DNA of 64,000 nt from Octopus sinensis (taxonomy: Eukaryota), in contig NC_043001.1 of NCBI RefSeq assembly GCF_006345805.1, positions 82,894,001 to 82,958,000 on the forward strand. The letters are read 5' to 3'. The notes beneath the pieces were generated by a model. The model ran no database searches. It worked only from the letters and a program-made list of their open reading frames with translations, and had not been told where the DNA came from. Positions 38,001 to 52,714 of this stretch are shown here, piece after piece. Position 1 is the first letter of the stretch; each line of letters opens with the position of its first letter. The position numbers were made by a program, and so were the translations under genes.

Positions 38001-38982
38001 ATAATTTTTTATAATACTAATACTTGTGTTTCTTGCCGTTTCATGATACAATCTGCTCATAATTTGTTTTCAAATCTAATAATACTCACCTAGAAACATA
38101 AATTTAGTCACGTTGCAGAAGTACTAAGTATAGAATTAGCTTAATATTTGTGTGTTTATGCTTATGGTAGAGTAGTGAGCTAAATATGGCTGCGCATGCT
38201 GTGACAGGAAGAAACCAGCATCATAGACCACAGCCAAAAATGTTATTGCACAATAAAGCCATACACACAATGCGCCATCTATACAGATTAAACCAGACTG
38301 AAGTTGTGTTGTTGTGTTATATATATAGAAAAGGCTTCAAATTCGTTTATTAACCCTTTTGTTACAATTGCCTTAGACTACCTCTGATTCTACAGTACAA
38401 GCGTTTTGTTTTAATAGTGGGTCTAATCTAAAACTTTCTATTAAAATTTCATAATGACTAACATACTTATTAAATGCTTCGTTTGTTTTAAGAATTAATC
38501 TAAACAAAGGCATTGTAATTCAGCAGAAATATGGCAACAAAATCGTTAAGTAATACTAAGGTGATAAGCTGGCAGAATCTTTAGCACACTGGACTAAACA
38601 CTTCGCTGCATTTGTTCCGAATCATTGCATTCTGAGTTCAAATGCCCTTCAGTTCGATTTACCTTTCATTCTTTCTGAGACGATAAAATAAGCATCAGTT
38701 AATCACTTATCCCTCCACACAGAACCGTTGGCCTAGGGCCAAAATTAGAATTAACACTACAGAATAATAGGTTTACTATTGTGGCTCAGACTCTGACAAG
38801 AGTTAGCACACATTACAGCTTACTCAGCATATTTATATATTGTTTCTTTTACAATCCAGTAATCTTTCTAACAAGAATGTTTGAACCCTGTCCATTTCGA
38901 TAGCTTCTACCACACAGCCACACCTCCGCATGTATATATATAATATATATATATATTATATATATATATTATATATATATAT

Positions 38983-39110
38983 AATTAGAGATAAAACCAC
39001 TATTAGGCAACTCAAACAGTGATAGACAAGCCAATAGATAAATAACAAAAAATATAATTAATATAATATATCACTGTTTGAGTTGTCTAATAGTGGTTTT
39101 ATCTCTAATT
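38983..39110. repeat. Fold-back with 42-bp inverted repeat (1 mismatch)
   Basis: Arms 38983-39024 and 39069-39110; starts directly after (TA)n. Confidence 0.9.
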
Positions 39111-39192
39111 TAATTTATATTGATACTGTGAAATTTGATTTAATCCTAAATCTAATTTTTCCCTGTAAGTTTGGAGCTATACTCCCTAATAT

Positions 39193-39224
<32 letters not shown>

Positions 39225-39404
39225 TGTATGTATGTATGTATGTATATATATATATCTTTTATATTCCACTTGTTTTAATCATTGAACTGCAGCCATGCTG
39301 GTGCGCCACTTTGAAGTGTTTAATAGAACTAATCGACTTATTTCTTCTAAAGCCTAGTGCTTATTCAGTCTCATTTGCCATACTGCTAAGTTACAGAAAC
39401 GTAA

Positions 39405-39680
39405 TATATACGATACATTCCAGAAGTTTTGAGTACAAAATTTCGATCCCCTTCAACGATCCTTTGACTTCAATACACTATTTATAGCGCTCCAGCCGCT
39501 TTGTGAAGGCCCTATGGAAGTTCTACAAAATGAAAGTGTCCAGGACCCTTAGCGATTCCTTCCAGCTCGGGGCCAGCCCAAAGCCAAAGGGAGCGATGTC
39601 TAGATTGTAGAGAGACTGAGGGATAATTTTGATGCCCACCTCTGTCGAGTAGTTGGTTCCGAGTCTGGAAATGTGTCATT
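39405..39680 (-). mobile_element. Mariner transposase C-terminal relic
   Basis: Minus frame TNYSTEVGIKIIPQSLYNLDIAPFGFGL...RVLDTFIL*NFHRAFTKRLERYK*CIEVKGS corresponds to the HPPYSPDLAP...W..RY..CIE..G mariner C-terminus. Confidence 0.75.
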
Positions 39681-40169
39681 GATAATATGTATAATACTAG
39701 AACTGGCTTTTATTAAAAATTCAGTTTCCTTTCACATATGCTACGCAGCAGCACATCAGCAAAAAAACTTTTCCCAATTTGCTTATATTTCTCCGATAAG
39801 CGATACGGTTCGTTTCAAACTGAGTCGAGTGTACGACGCGAAAGAGCTAAAACGATAGCGAAATGTCGATATCGGCAGTTCCCGTCCACCTCCGGGTTGA
39901 GTTGTCTCGCTTGGTTTGAGATATTTAGTTTTCTTTAACACTTGGAGTCGTGAAGAGACATTTCTCATGATGCTATCCCGCAGCTAATGGGCGTATAAAC
40001 AAAGCACATATACTATGGTATGTGTCATCAATAATGCATATATTATGAGAGCTGCAATTAATACAAAATTTACACACACACACCCGCGCGCACGCACACA
40101 TATGTAGTAGAGGAAGAAGTAGCAGCAGGGACAACACCAGCTGTAGTAGTGATTGTAGTGGTGGTCGTG

Positions 40170-40212
<43 letters not shown>

Positions 40213-40960
40213 AAGTAGAAGAAGAAGAAGAAGAAGAAGAAGAAGAAGAAGAAGAAGAAGAAATAATGGAAGAAACAGATGAAGAAAGTAATTAAAATAG
40301 AATACGGAGACAGATGAAAGTCAAAACGTTCAAAAAGAGAAAATAAAAGCGCGAAGTCAGACAAGGAGTTTTAAGAAAATGAAGGACCGACACAGGACAG
40401 GTAGAAGATAAGGAGTTGTGACTTTCAGCTAAGATAGAGAAAAGAATGAGAAAATTTCGGGCCGAAGGGAGATTGACAGGAAAATATGTAAAGGTAGAAA
40501 CGTTAACAAACGAACAAAAGAAAAGTTAAACAGAAAAACCTTTTCAAAGCGAGGTAGATACAGAAAACAAAGTCTAGAAATATATAGTTGACAAGGACAT
40601 TAAAAAAATGAAAGATGGCGTCCTTGAAACGTAAACTAAAAAATATAATAATAAATGCATAAAGAAAGGGTAAGTGAGAAAGAGAAAGAGTAAGATAGAG
40701 ATGAAGGAGGGAGAGAAAGAAAGAGAAGGTGGGATGTGAAAGTTGAAAGCTGCCGAAGTGAACAGATATTGCTTAAACGTCGCTTCTTTTGATCTCTGTA
40801 ACATCTGAACGACAATTTCGAAAAGACGCTTCTTGTATATAGACATACACAGACATACAAGTGTTTGGAGATATGTGTGTGTGTGTACCTGTGCATGTGT
40901 GTGCGTATATATATATATATATATATTTATATGTATGTGTGTGTGTGTGTCTCTCTCTCT

Positions 40961-40999
<39 letters not shown>

Positions 41000-41001
41000 T
41001 T

Positions 41002-41036
<35 letters not shown>

Positions 41037-41185
41037 AGTGAAATATAATGTATGTATGTATGTATGTATGTATTATGTATTATGTATGTATGTATATGTA
41101 TGTATGTGTTGTTTAAAAGCGGAAAATGAAAAGGTGATAGAGCAAAAGAAAATGGCGACAATTCATGTTATATACATACATATAG

Positions 41186-41222
<37 letters not shown>

Positions 41223-41664
41223 ATATATATTGTACATTCATACGTAAGTGCACGCTTACACACACGCACACATACACACACACGCAGAAATGTTTTCTAC
41301 ATTCTAAAAAGTAAGCAGTAGAAAACCCAAATAAATAAATAAAAATAAGCAGAAGTTCTTGTGTTTTTAGTATTGGAAGAATTGGCTATGAAATATGTTT
41401 TACTTTTTCGTCTTTGATTTCTTTTGTTTCGTTTCGTTATGTTCCCCCATCAACTTTTTCATATGACCCCCACCGCGAGCGCGCGTGTGTGCATGTGTGC
41501 GTATGTGTATGTATGCGTATGTGTATGTGTGTGTGTTGTTAATTAATTGTTTTTGAGTGTTCACTTCATATCCTGGTTTGCTTCGGTGCTTTCAAAGTTA
41601 TAAAATGTTATAATTCATTTTTTGACAGGTGTAATTGTATACATGTGTCTTTACGTGGTCCGCT

Positions 41665-41721
<57 letters not shown>

Positions 41722-42102
41722 ATGTATCTGTGTGTTTGTTTGTATGTATGTATATAAATACGTTAGAGTATATTTGAATGAGTTAATGTTTCTATGCGTA
41801 TGCTTGTGTACGCGCGCGCGCGTTTGTGTATATGTGTGCTTGGTTATGTGTGTGTATATTTCTATTTACGTATTTGTATGTGTGTCTATGTGTGTGTGTA
41901 TGTGTGGTGTCTGTGTGTTTGGTATATGTTGTGTTTTCGTGTGTACGTGCGTGTGTGTATGTGTGTATGTGTGCTTCGGTTGTGTGTATGCATGTGTGTG
42001 TATGTGTGTGTACGTATGTGTACGTGTGTTTACGTGTCTGTGTGTGTGTTTGTGCGTGTGGTATGTGTGGATGTATGTTCGTGTGTACGTGTGTGTATGT
42101 GT

Positions 42103-42202
42103 NNNNNNNNNNNNNNNNNNNNNNNNNNNNNNNNNNNNNNNNNNNNNNNNNNNNNNNNNNNNNNNNNNNNNNNNNNNNNNNNNNNNNNNNNNNNNNNNNN
42201 NN
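42103..42202. other. Assembly gap (100 N)
   Basis: Run of exactly 100 n inside (TG)n. Confidence 1.
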
Positions 42203-42470
42203 CGCCATAGGTGTAACGGTCTGCACCGCTTTATGTAAATGTAAGACGTTTTCTGTGTGGTCGGGCGCATATGTATATTTATGTATGTGTCTACATGTAC
42301 ATATGTGTGCCTGTGTTGTGTTTATGAACGAGAGAACGTCCGTGAATATGCGTCTGTATGTATAATTGTGTGGGTGTAGAATTTAGGATTTTACGTCTAT
42401 AAGAATGAATATTATATAGTAAGTTAGTTTGATAGATAGATAGATAGATTGATAGATAGATAGATAGATT

Positions 42471-42551
<81 letters not shown>

Positions 42552-43333
42552 AAGCGTTCGCGTGTAGCTGAACGTTTAAACCAGTGCAATATTTTGTCTA
42601 TAACTGTGGACAAATTTACATAACACTTTTAATATTTATATATCTATATATATATATATATATATATCTATATATATATATATATACGTATGTATGTATA
42701 TGTATGTGTGTGTACGTTAATGTATATCTGTGTCTGCGTTTGTTCATATATACAATAAATAGACATATATCGCACATACATACAAACACATACATGAATA
42801 TATATTTCTGTGTATAATATATATATATGCGTGTGTGTATAAGTATACTTGTGTATATATCAGTGCCCATCTATCTATCTATCTATCTATTTATACATCT
42901 ATGCAAAATACAATACGTACATATATACATGCAAACTTTTATATATATACACACACACATATGTATTTATATAAATTTATATTTATGTGTGTAAATTATA
43001 CAGAGTGATATACACACACACACACACATCCACACACCTATACGGGTGTCAGTGCGTATCCGTGTTAGCGTAACAATCTAGGTATGTCCGATGTGCGTGT
43101 ATGCGCGTGCAAGCGTGTGTGTGTGCGTGTGCTTGTCTATGTGTGTAAGTGTAAATTCTACGACAAGTTCACACAGGTGCTCGGTGCACTTAAACAAAGC
43201 GCTATGTTTACACATCACTTTCAATTTGTTTCACTCATTCTCATATTTTCAGTGAGTGTTTGTGTATGTCTGCGTGTATGTACAGATGTGTATATGTATA
43301 CATTTAGATACATATACACACAAACATGAATAC

Positions 43334-43364
<31 letters not shown>

Positions 43365-43390
43365 CATACATTCATACATTCATATATATG

Positions 43391-43493
<103 letters not shown>

Positions 43494-43602
43494 ATAGATA
43501 TGTGTGGTTTGTGAATTTGTGATTGTATGTGATTGTGTATATGTTTGTTGTGTGTGTGTGTGTGTGTTGTGTGTGGTGTTTATGTGTATGTGTTTGTTTG
43601 TT

Positions 43603-43645
<43 letters not shown>

Positions 43646-43756
43646 TGTTTGTGTGTGTGCTACCTTATTGCTAAATTTTCTACTGGGAAATAAAGCATTA
43701 CCACAGCACACACACAGATGAACAAAAAAAGAAGGAAAAAGACAGTGTATATTTGA

Positions 43757-43796
<40 letters not shown>

Positions 43797-44222
43797 ATCT
43801 GACTGTGTTGGTATGTACCTGTGTGGGCGTGTATTAGTATTTGCATGTGCGTATGTGTGTGTGTGTGTGTGTTTGTATGTATGTGTGTGGACGCGTATAA
43901 GTATTTGCATGCGTGTATGAGTGTGTGTTCCAGTGTAAATGTGAATGTGTTTTTTATTGTGTGTATATGTGCATACATTTTTGTCCGTGTATATGTGTAC
44001 GTATGTGTGGGCGTGTGTGCGCATGCGCATGTGTTTAAAAAGTGTGTGTTTATGTGTTCCCATGCATGAAAATGTACATCCATAATGAATTGTTAGAGAA
44101 ATGCTAGCGTTTATCATTCAAACATTTCCATCATCTTCACACCATTTAAGTGAAATATTAGTTACGTAAAACCACATCATAAACGCCTTCTTACATACAC
44201 ACACATACACACACATATATAC

Positions 44223-44271
<49 letters not shown>

Positions 44272-44320
44272 GAGAGAGAGAGAGCAACAGATAGACAGAA
44301 AAAGATATAGATATATATAC

Positions 44321-44365
<45 letters not shown>

Positions 44366-46887
44366 CCTTTGTGTAAGTATATCTTTCGACCTATCTATCC
44401 ATTTATCTCTCTATTCTATGTATGTATGTATGTATGTATGTATGTATGTATGTATTATGTATGTATGTATGTGTGTATGTATGTATGTATGCACACGTGT
44501 ACATATACTCTAATACTCACCAGAAAACCCACTCAGTTATTTGTTGCCGTAAATGCATCTCCTCAGAAAATTGCTCAACATTTAAGTGAAACAAATGTCT
44601 CAAAATGGCGTCCAATTTGACGTGAGCGTCCACAACCCTGTTTCCGCCATTATAGCAGCAATGTTATTTGGGTGTGTTTGCAGCCCGAGGACATTAGCTG
44701 AACACTTAGCGCCAAACTAAATTCATTACTGTAATTATTTCTTATAAGATTGAAGGAGGAGGTACAAGGAGAGAAGTGGAGAGAAAGATGAGGAGAGAAA
44801 GAGGTGGTGAGAAGGAGGAGGGTGAAAGTTTGAGGATGATAAGTGGTGGGGAGGATGTATCTTTGTGGGAGAGAGATAAATGATTGTTTTGAATGTGAAA
44901 TGCGGACGTTACAGTCACCTATATTTGTTTTGTTTGTACGTGTATAGTAAAAGAATTGATGTATATATGTATGCATATATATGTGTGTGTGTGTGCATGT
45001 ATGTATATGTGTGCATGTATGTATATGTATGTATGTATATGTGTGTATATATGTATATGTGTGTATGTATGTTTCTATGTGATACATATGTGTACATATA
45101 TCTTGGTAGAGACTAACGTATGTACGTCTGTTTGCATGTATGTATCTATAAATGTATGCGTGCTTTTATGTATATATATAACTATGCGTGCATGTATGTA
45201 TGCATATGTGTATGTATGCATGTATGTATATTTGCATGAATGAATGTAAGTATGTACGTACGTATGTATGTATGTACGTACGTACGTACGTACGTATGTA
45301 TGTATGTATGTATGTATGTATGTATGTATGTACGTATGTATGTGTGTATGTATGTATGTATGTATGTATGTACGTATGTATGTATGTATGTATGTATGTA
45401 TGTATGTATGTATGTATGTACGTATGTATGTATGTATGCATGCATATATGCATGTACGTATGTATGTGTGTGTATGTATGTGTACATGTGCGTATGTGTA
45501 CGAGAGTATGAATGTGTTTGTATGTTTGGCTGCTTGTGTATGTGGGAGTTTGTTAGTGCTTGTGTATGTTTGAGTAGTTTGTGCGCGTGTTTGATGATTG
45601 AGTGTTGTGCGTAGATGCATGTGATCCCACTTTGTAACTGTAAAATTGCTTGCGTGTGTCTGTGAGTGAGTGTGTGTATGTGTGCGTGTGTATGTGTGTG
45701 TGTAAGTATGTATTATAGAAACATGTCTTTCAGACTTTATTTGTCGAAATTTTCATGGATGGCGAAATAGCCATTTTGTAAGCTAGTAACAAAACATTTT
45801 ATCTGAATTTCGGACATCATCAACATGCTAGTCTTTTAAGTGTGTATGTTCCTTTATAATCATAAGTATCTAAACTTTTCTTGAATGAGAGGAGATAGTC
45901 TCTAACATACAACGCTCCATCGTTAGAATGTATATAACATAAACAATATCACGTAGTGAACTTGAGAAAAGTTTCACACACTTTTACTGTTCTGCTTACA
46001 GATTGTGCTTGTAAGCTGGTTGATTTATTTTTCTGAGAGACTAAGCATCTCCAGTGTTATGAAATATATTGCTAATCATTGCCGAACCATAACTGATTAC
46101 GGTGATGAAGATACGTCCTGACCACAGCTATTTTCTTGAGTTGGGTTATATTAAGAACGTTTGATCGGCTGAATTCCCTTTTCAACTCCTCCTGCTTATA
46201 AGGTGGCTAAAATGTTTTACTCCAACGGTTCTGTAGTTCGAATATATGTGCAGTCGATGTTTGTAATGATAGCAGAGGGATGTCTGAAAAGAATATCGAT
46301 GTCTTTTGTATGATGTAACACACGCGTTATGAATAAAGCACAATGATATTGAAACATATGTAGACATATGTAGCACGGATTGAACTGCTATTGACTCCTT
46401 TCGAAGCTTTGAAGTCTCCACTCCCTTCAGCAAATTCACTGTACTCTTTTTATTGATTCTATTATATGTCTGGCCGACGCAGACCAACACAAGACGCTTT
46501 GACATCAGGTTGATCATACAGATATGTGTGTATGTGTGTGTGTGTATGTGTGTGTGTGTGTGTGGTGTGTGTGTACGTAAAGATAGATAAGTAGATAGAT
46601 AGATAGATAGATAGTTAACTAGGTAGATAGATAGATAGATATATAGATAGACGGATATATATATATATATATATATATAAATATATGTATATGTAAAAAA
46701 TACAAACTGGGACAAGAACGCACAACATTTAGAAGACGATACAAAAACACACGGACGGGACATTCGAAGCTTTCAATCTTCAGTCAGATAGATATAGATA
46801 GATAATTTGATATATATATAATATATATATATATATAAATATATATATAATAGATAGATAGATGATAGATAGATAAGATAGATAATT

Positions 46888-46943
<56 letters not shown>

Positions 46944-46960
46944 TATATATATAAATATAT

Positions 46961-47017
<57 letters not shown>

Positions 47018-47152
47018 AGATAGATAGATAGACAGACGCACACATAGAAAGAAAATATCTTAAACACATGCACGCTAGAAAGAGCACACATGCTCAGATA
47101 CACACTCAGGTAGCCACACTTACACACACATGCAATCACTCTCATTTTCTCT

Positions 47153-47189
<37 letters not shown>

Positions 47190-48110
47190 TCACACACACA
47201 CACACACACACAAAATCACAGTTGACTGACCAATTAAAGTGTAATTTCACAAATGTCGGAATCAGTTCCAAAAAGACAGCTTTTCCGGACAGCTGCGGAC
47301 ACAAGTGGACACTTCTCTAGGACAGTCAGAATGCCATCTCTGCTGACGGTGATTCTACTGCTGCTGCTGCTACTGCCACTGCTCGATTCTGCAATTGCTG
47401 TTGCAGCTGCTGCTGCTGATGATGATGATGCTGTTACTGCCGCTGTTGCTGCTGTTGTTGTTGTTGCTGCTGCTGCTGATCTTGTTGTTGGTATTTCTGC
47501 TGCTGCTGCTGCTTCTGATGATGGCGATGATGATGATCTTGATCGTGATGATGGTGTTGATGTTTATTGCAGTTGTTTGGGTTATAGTTTTTTATGGTTA
47601 TAAACGATGGTTGTCGTGTTTGCAGTTTTTATTAGCGTTGTCATGACAACCGTTGTTGTTGTTGTTGTGTTGTTGTTGCTGATGGTGGGCTTTGTGATGA
47701 CGGTGGTGGTGGGGCTGATGTTTGCGGTGATGGTGGAGTTCGTGGTCGTGACGGCGTGCGGTGCTTGTAGTTGTGGCTGTAGTTGTGGTGGTGAGGAATG
47801 TAGTTGAGGTTGTTGTGGTTGTGATGCGGGTGGTGGTGGAGGATGCAGTGAGAATGTTGTGGAGGAGGAGACTTTCTCGAAAGGTGGGCCACACCACTGA
47901 AAACTTCATTAAATTTTTCGTTTAGGCTTGCCATTCAGGGAGTCCCGTGGACCGCAGTTTTCCTATGTCACGTTTATAGCTTTATCTACTTCGAGTTCCG
48001 TCGTTAGAAATAATTTACTTCGCATCTTGTGATGATGACCATGTGACTATGAGGACGAAATGGACGACCGAGCTGCTGCTGATGGTGGTGAAGATGATGG
48101 TGGCGATGAC

Positions 48111-48158
<48 letters not shown>

Positions 48159-49924
48159 GGTGGTGGTAGTGGTAGTGATGATGGTATCGATGTTGATGAT
48201 GATGATGGTGGTGGTAGTGGTGGTGGTGGTGATGGTGGTGGTGGTGGTAGTGGTAGTAGTGGTTGTGTCGATGGCGGTGGTCGCGATGTTGATGGTGATG
48301 GTGGCGATGTTGATGATGATGCTGATGATGGTGGTGGTGGTGGTGGTGGTGGTGGTGGTGATGATGATGATGATGATGATGATGGTGGCAGTGTTGATGA
48401 TGATGATGATAATGATGGTGGTGATGATGGTGGTGGTGGCGGTGGAGGTAGCCGTGACGGTGGACGTGTAGTGGTTTTGGTGGTTGTGGTGGTAATGGTG
48501 GTGCGGGGGCTGAAGGTCGGGGATGGAAATGGTGAAGGAGAAGCACTACGTCTTCTGTCTCCAGCATCACCATTGTCACCATCAACATCTTAACCGTAAA
48601 GGAAACAAATTGCCATGGAATCAAATCAAAAAGACAAAAATGCAATGATATATGGTGATTCATAGACAGACAAATGATGAGAGGAAACATTGCGAAACGT
48701 CGTAAATTAAAAGAAAGACACAGAGATGGAAATAATATTCTAGAAAGTTAGCTATACAAATAGCAGCGGAGACGGTGGTGATTGTGCTGGAAGTAGGAGG
48801 AGACGTTATTGGCGGTGAGAGTGCTGCAACATGCAGAGGTGTGTGGTGGTGTCACATGACCGGAAGGATTGTCTCATAATTTTAGACTGTTCATAATAAC
48901 CACTGGAGTCTGTTATAGGCCGACTATGGGCTTCCATGGAATTTAATCTGAGTCTTGTACAGCCATGTGATTTACGGCCCCAAAGGCAACCATAAGAACA
49001 ACAACAAGCATAACAACAGCAATAACGATAATAACAGCAGTCACGACAACAAATGCAAGAAACGAATTAAATGACAAATACAATAACTGTAATTGCGACA
49101 ATTGGAACAACAACAACATCAGCAACAACTACAACAATTACAACAACTACAACAACAACAACAACAACAACAACGACGACACAATCGATAACAACAAACT
49201 GACGAAACAAAACCTTGTGTCATGCTGCGTAATTGTCAATCGAAACAGGTGTCGGGGGAGGGCAGATGGAAGGCTGTAGTGAAACGTAGGAAGTGGTGGT
49301 TGGGAGTAGGAGTAGTGTCAGAGAGTGAAGAGCGGTGAAGTAAAAATAAATGGGCGGTGGTGGGGGGGGTTGAAGACGTGGCGGAAGACAAAGAAAAACA
49401 ACAATAGCAACAATGACAACAACAGGAAGAATAGCAATAACAACAACAACAACAACACTAATAATGGTATAAACAACAGCGCATGGCTAGAGTGGGAGGG
49501 CGGTGGTGATGGGGTTGGGCTTGATGCATGGCTGGGTGGGGGTGGGGGCGACAAATGAAATAGGAAAATGGTTGTTACGAAATCAAATATTTACATATAA
49601 ACATAGACTGGTATGTGTGCTTGTGTGTGTCTATGTGTGTGTGTTTGTGCGTGTGTGCGTGGGTGTACATGTGCGTGTGAGTGTGTGTATGTATGTGCAC
49701 ATGTGTGCGTCTATATATGCATGCATGTATGTATATGTATATATATATATATAAATGTATGTGTGTATATATATATACATATATTATATTCGTATATACA
49801 TACTTAGATATACATATATACATACATACGTATATATATATATAATATATATATATATATAATATATATATATACACTGGCATACGTACATATATATATA
49901 TAATAGATATATTATATATATATA

Positions 49925-49985
<61 letters not shown>

Positions 49986-50070
49986 TAAGCTGAAAAACAT
50001 TTCACAATGCATTTTACCAAGCAAAGATGAGATTATGATGGCAGGGAGAGTGAACGGAGGAGAGAGATAG

Positions 50071-50153
<83 letters not shown>

Positions 50154-50158
50154 GAGAG

Positions 50159-50198
<40 letters not shown>

Positions 50199-50614
50199 GG
50201 ATAGATGGAGGGGTGGGGATAGGGGAGGAAGAGACAGAGAGGGAGAGACAGAGTGTGTGAGCTAGGAAGAGGATAGAAGAGTGAGATAGAATGAAATGTA
50301 GACACGCATACATATATATACGCACATACATACGTTAATCCATCCATACACACAAACATACGTAGATCCATCCATCCATCCCCTCACGCATACGTACATA
50401 CATACATACATACATACATACATACATAGAGCCTTCCAGCCGTACCGCTTGCCTGCCAGCCAGCCGGCCAACCTGCTAACCAGCCAAACTGATAGAGACA
50501 GGCAGTCAGGCAGATCATGCCCTTTAGGTGAACACTATTAGAGTATTGCAATGAAATGGTTTTAATTCCAAAGAAGCACATGAAGATGATGGAGCACATC
50601 ACTTCACTCTTTCA

Positions 50615-50650
<36 letters not shown>

Positions 50651-51637
50651 GTCTTTCTCTCTCTCCCTTTCTTTCTCTGTCTCTCTACCACTCCCTCTTT
50701 CTCTCTTTCTGTCTTTCTATCTTTGTTTCACTCTCTCTCTCTCTCTCTACCTTTCTTTCTCTGTCTCTCTACCACTCCCTCTTTCTCTCTTTCTGTCTTT
50801 CTATCTTTGTTTCACTCTCTCTCTCTCCTCTCTCTCTCTCTCCGTCACTCTCAGTCTCATCCCTCTCTCTCTCTTTTCAAACTCTATATAACACCACTAG
50901 AACAGCAACCACCACCGCCACCATCACCTCCACAACCGCCACCGCCGCCGCCACCACCATCGCCGCCGCCACCGCCGCCACCACCACCACCAAAACCACC
51001 AAAACCACCACCACTACCACCGCCGCCGCTGGCACCGCCGCCACAGCTGCCACCATCGCCAAGTGCACTACCACAACCACGAAAACCACCATCCCACAAG
51101 TATCACCATAACCACCATCACCACTACCATCACCACCACCACCACCACCACCAATAAAAAACAACACCCACCACCAACAACAACAGCAACACCAACACTA
51201 CCACTCTCACAATCTCCACTACTGCAACCACCACCACCACCACTCTCACAATCTCCACCACTACATTTACCACCACCACCATCACTACCACCACCGCCAC
51301 CAAAACCACCACCACCACCACCACTCTCACAATCTTCACCACTACAACTAACAACAACAGTACCACCAAAAGCACTACCACAACCACAACAACCACCACT
51401 TCTATAACAAACACTGCAATTTCACTTCTGACGGACGCAATACTCTCAACAACAGCTTTTGTCAGAGTCACAAACGCAACACCACCACCTTACACCACTA
51501 CCACTACACACTGTCACCACTATGACCACACTACCTTCACTCTTACCTACACCACCATCCCTACGATACATGCATACTACAACTAATACTACAACTATTT
51601 CTACCACTACTACTGTTGCTGCTGCTATTGCTAACAA

Positions 51638-51675
<38 letters not shown>

Positions 51676-51894
51676 TCATTACCACAACTATTACTAGTAC
51701 TACGACTACAGCAACCACTATCATCACCATCACGACCACTGCGGCCAGTTCAAATACCACTACCATCAACACCACCATCATCAGTACTGCCACCATCATC
51801 AGTACTGCCACCATCACCTCTACCACCGTCACCACCATCATGATCGCTATTACTACTACTACTAGTATAACTACTACTACTACTACTACTACTA

Positions 51895-51949
<55 letters not shown>

Positions 51950-52714
51950 CTCCACCACCACCGCCATCACGATCACTGCGACCATCATCACCATCATCAC
52001 TACCACCGCCACTACCACCTCCACCACTACCACCACCACCACCACCACCACCACGAACTCCACGACCATTACCACCACCACCATCACCAACACCGCCACA
52101 ACATCGGCGGCGGCCACCAACAAGCATTACAATCACCATCACCAATTTGCATCGCCACCATGATCAGCACCACCGCCATCACCATCATCATGACCATTCC
52201 AGCCAACACCGCCACTACGAGTGCTACGACAACGACGATGACAACCACCACCACCACCACCACCACCACCACCACCGCTGTATAACGTAACGCCAGAACA
52301 GCTTGCATCCGATGTCAGAAGTTGTCTATATGTAAATTAACCGCAGCAGATGTAGTACGGTGCATACAAACACTTGACATACAATACACAAATACCACAT
52401 ATACACATACATACACACACCACTGCATCGAACTATCATTGTATAACGCCGACACTACCACCACCACCACCACCACACTACTACACACACCACTCTAAAT
52501 ATATACATACGTACATGCAAACATACACACATGCACACATGCATACATACATATATGATTGCAAACATGCATACATACATGTGTGTGTGTGTGTCACTCT
52601 TAATACAAGCATAAAGCACTCAATACATAACCTAAAGCAAATTGTAATCACAGTGCTTTACTTAGATATGAGGCGAGAAAATTTGAATATAGGGAACAGT
52701 CAATCATATCGATC

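Noticed and set aside
41645-42365. ORFs spanning the X run
   Set aside because: Artefacts of (TG)n plus the 100-N gap
45075-45620. Met/Tyr-rich ORFs (MYVCMYV..., HTYIHTYI...) that might suggest reflectin or His-rich beak proteins
   Set aside because: Pure (ATGT)n/(CATA)n read-through; no reflectin M/F-D-X5-MD motif, no splice or start context. The same applies to similar ORFs across the window
46182-46520. Unique part of the 193-aa minus ORF (VCVGQTYNR; neighbouring frame IDCTYIR)
   Set aside because: Only fleeting resemblance to GIY-YIG or Harbinger motifs, with no other motifs in order; left unassigned
46751-46787. Hammerhead-like CTGAAGA...TTCGAATGTC on the minus strand
   Set aside because: GAAU instead of GAAA, no credible stem III or stem I; too degenerate to call
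47990-48600. Poly-His, Gly/Asp-rich ORFs
   Set aside because: Degenerate (GAT)n/(GGT)n tracts open in several frames on both strands; no unique coding sequence
50877-52310. Long Pro/Thr-rich ORFs resembling extensin or mucin
   Set aside because: (CAC)n/(TAC)n decay without higher-order periodicity or supporting splice signals
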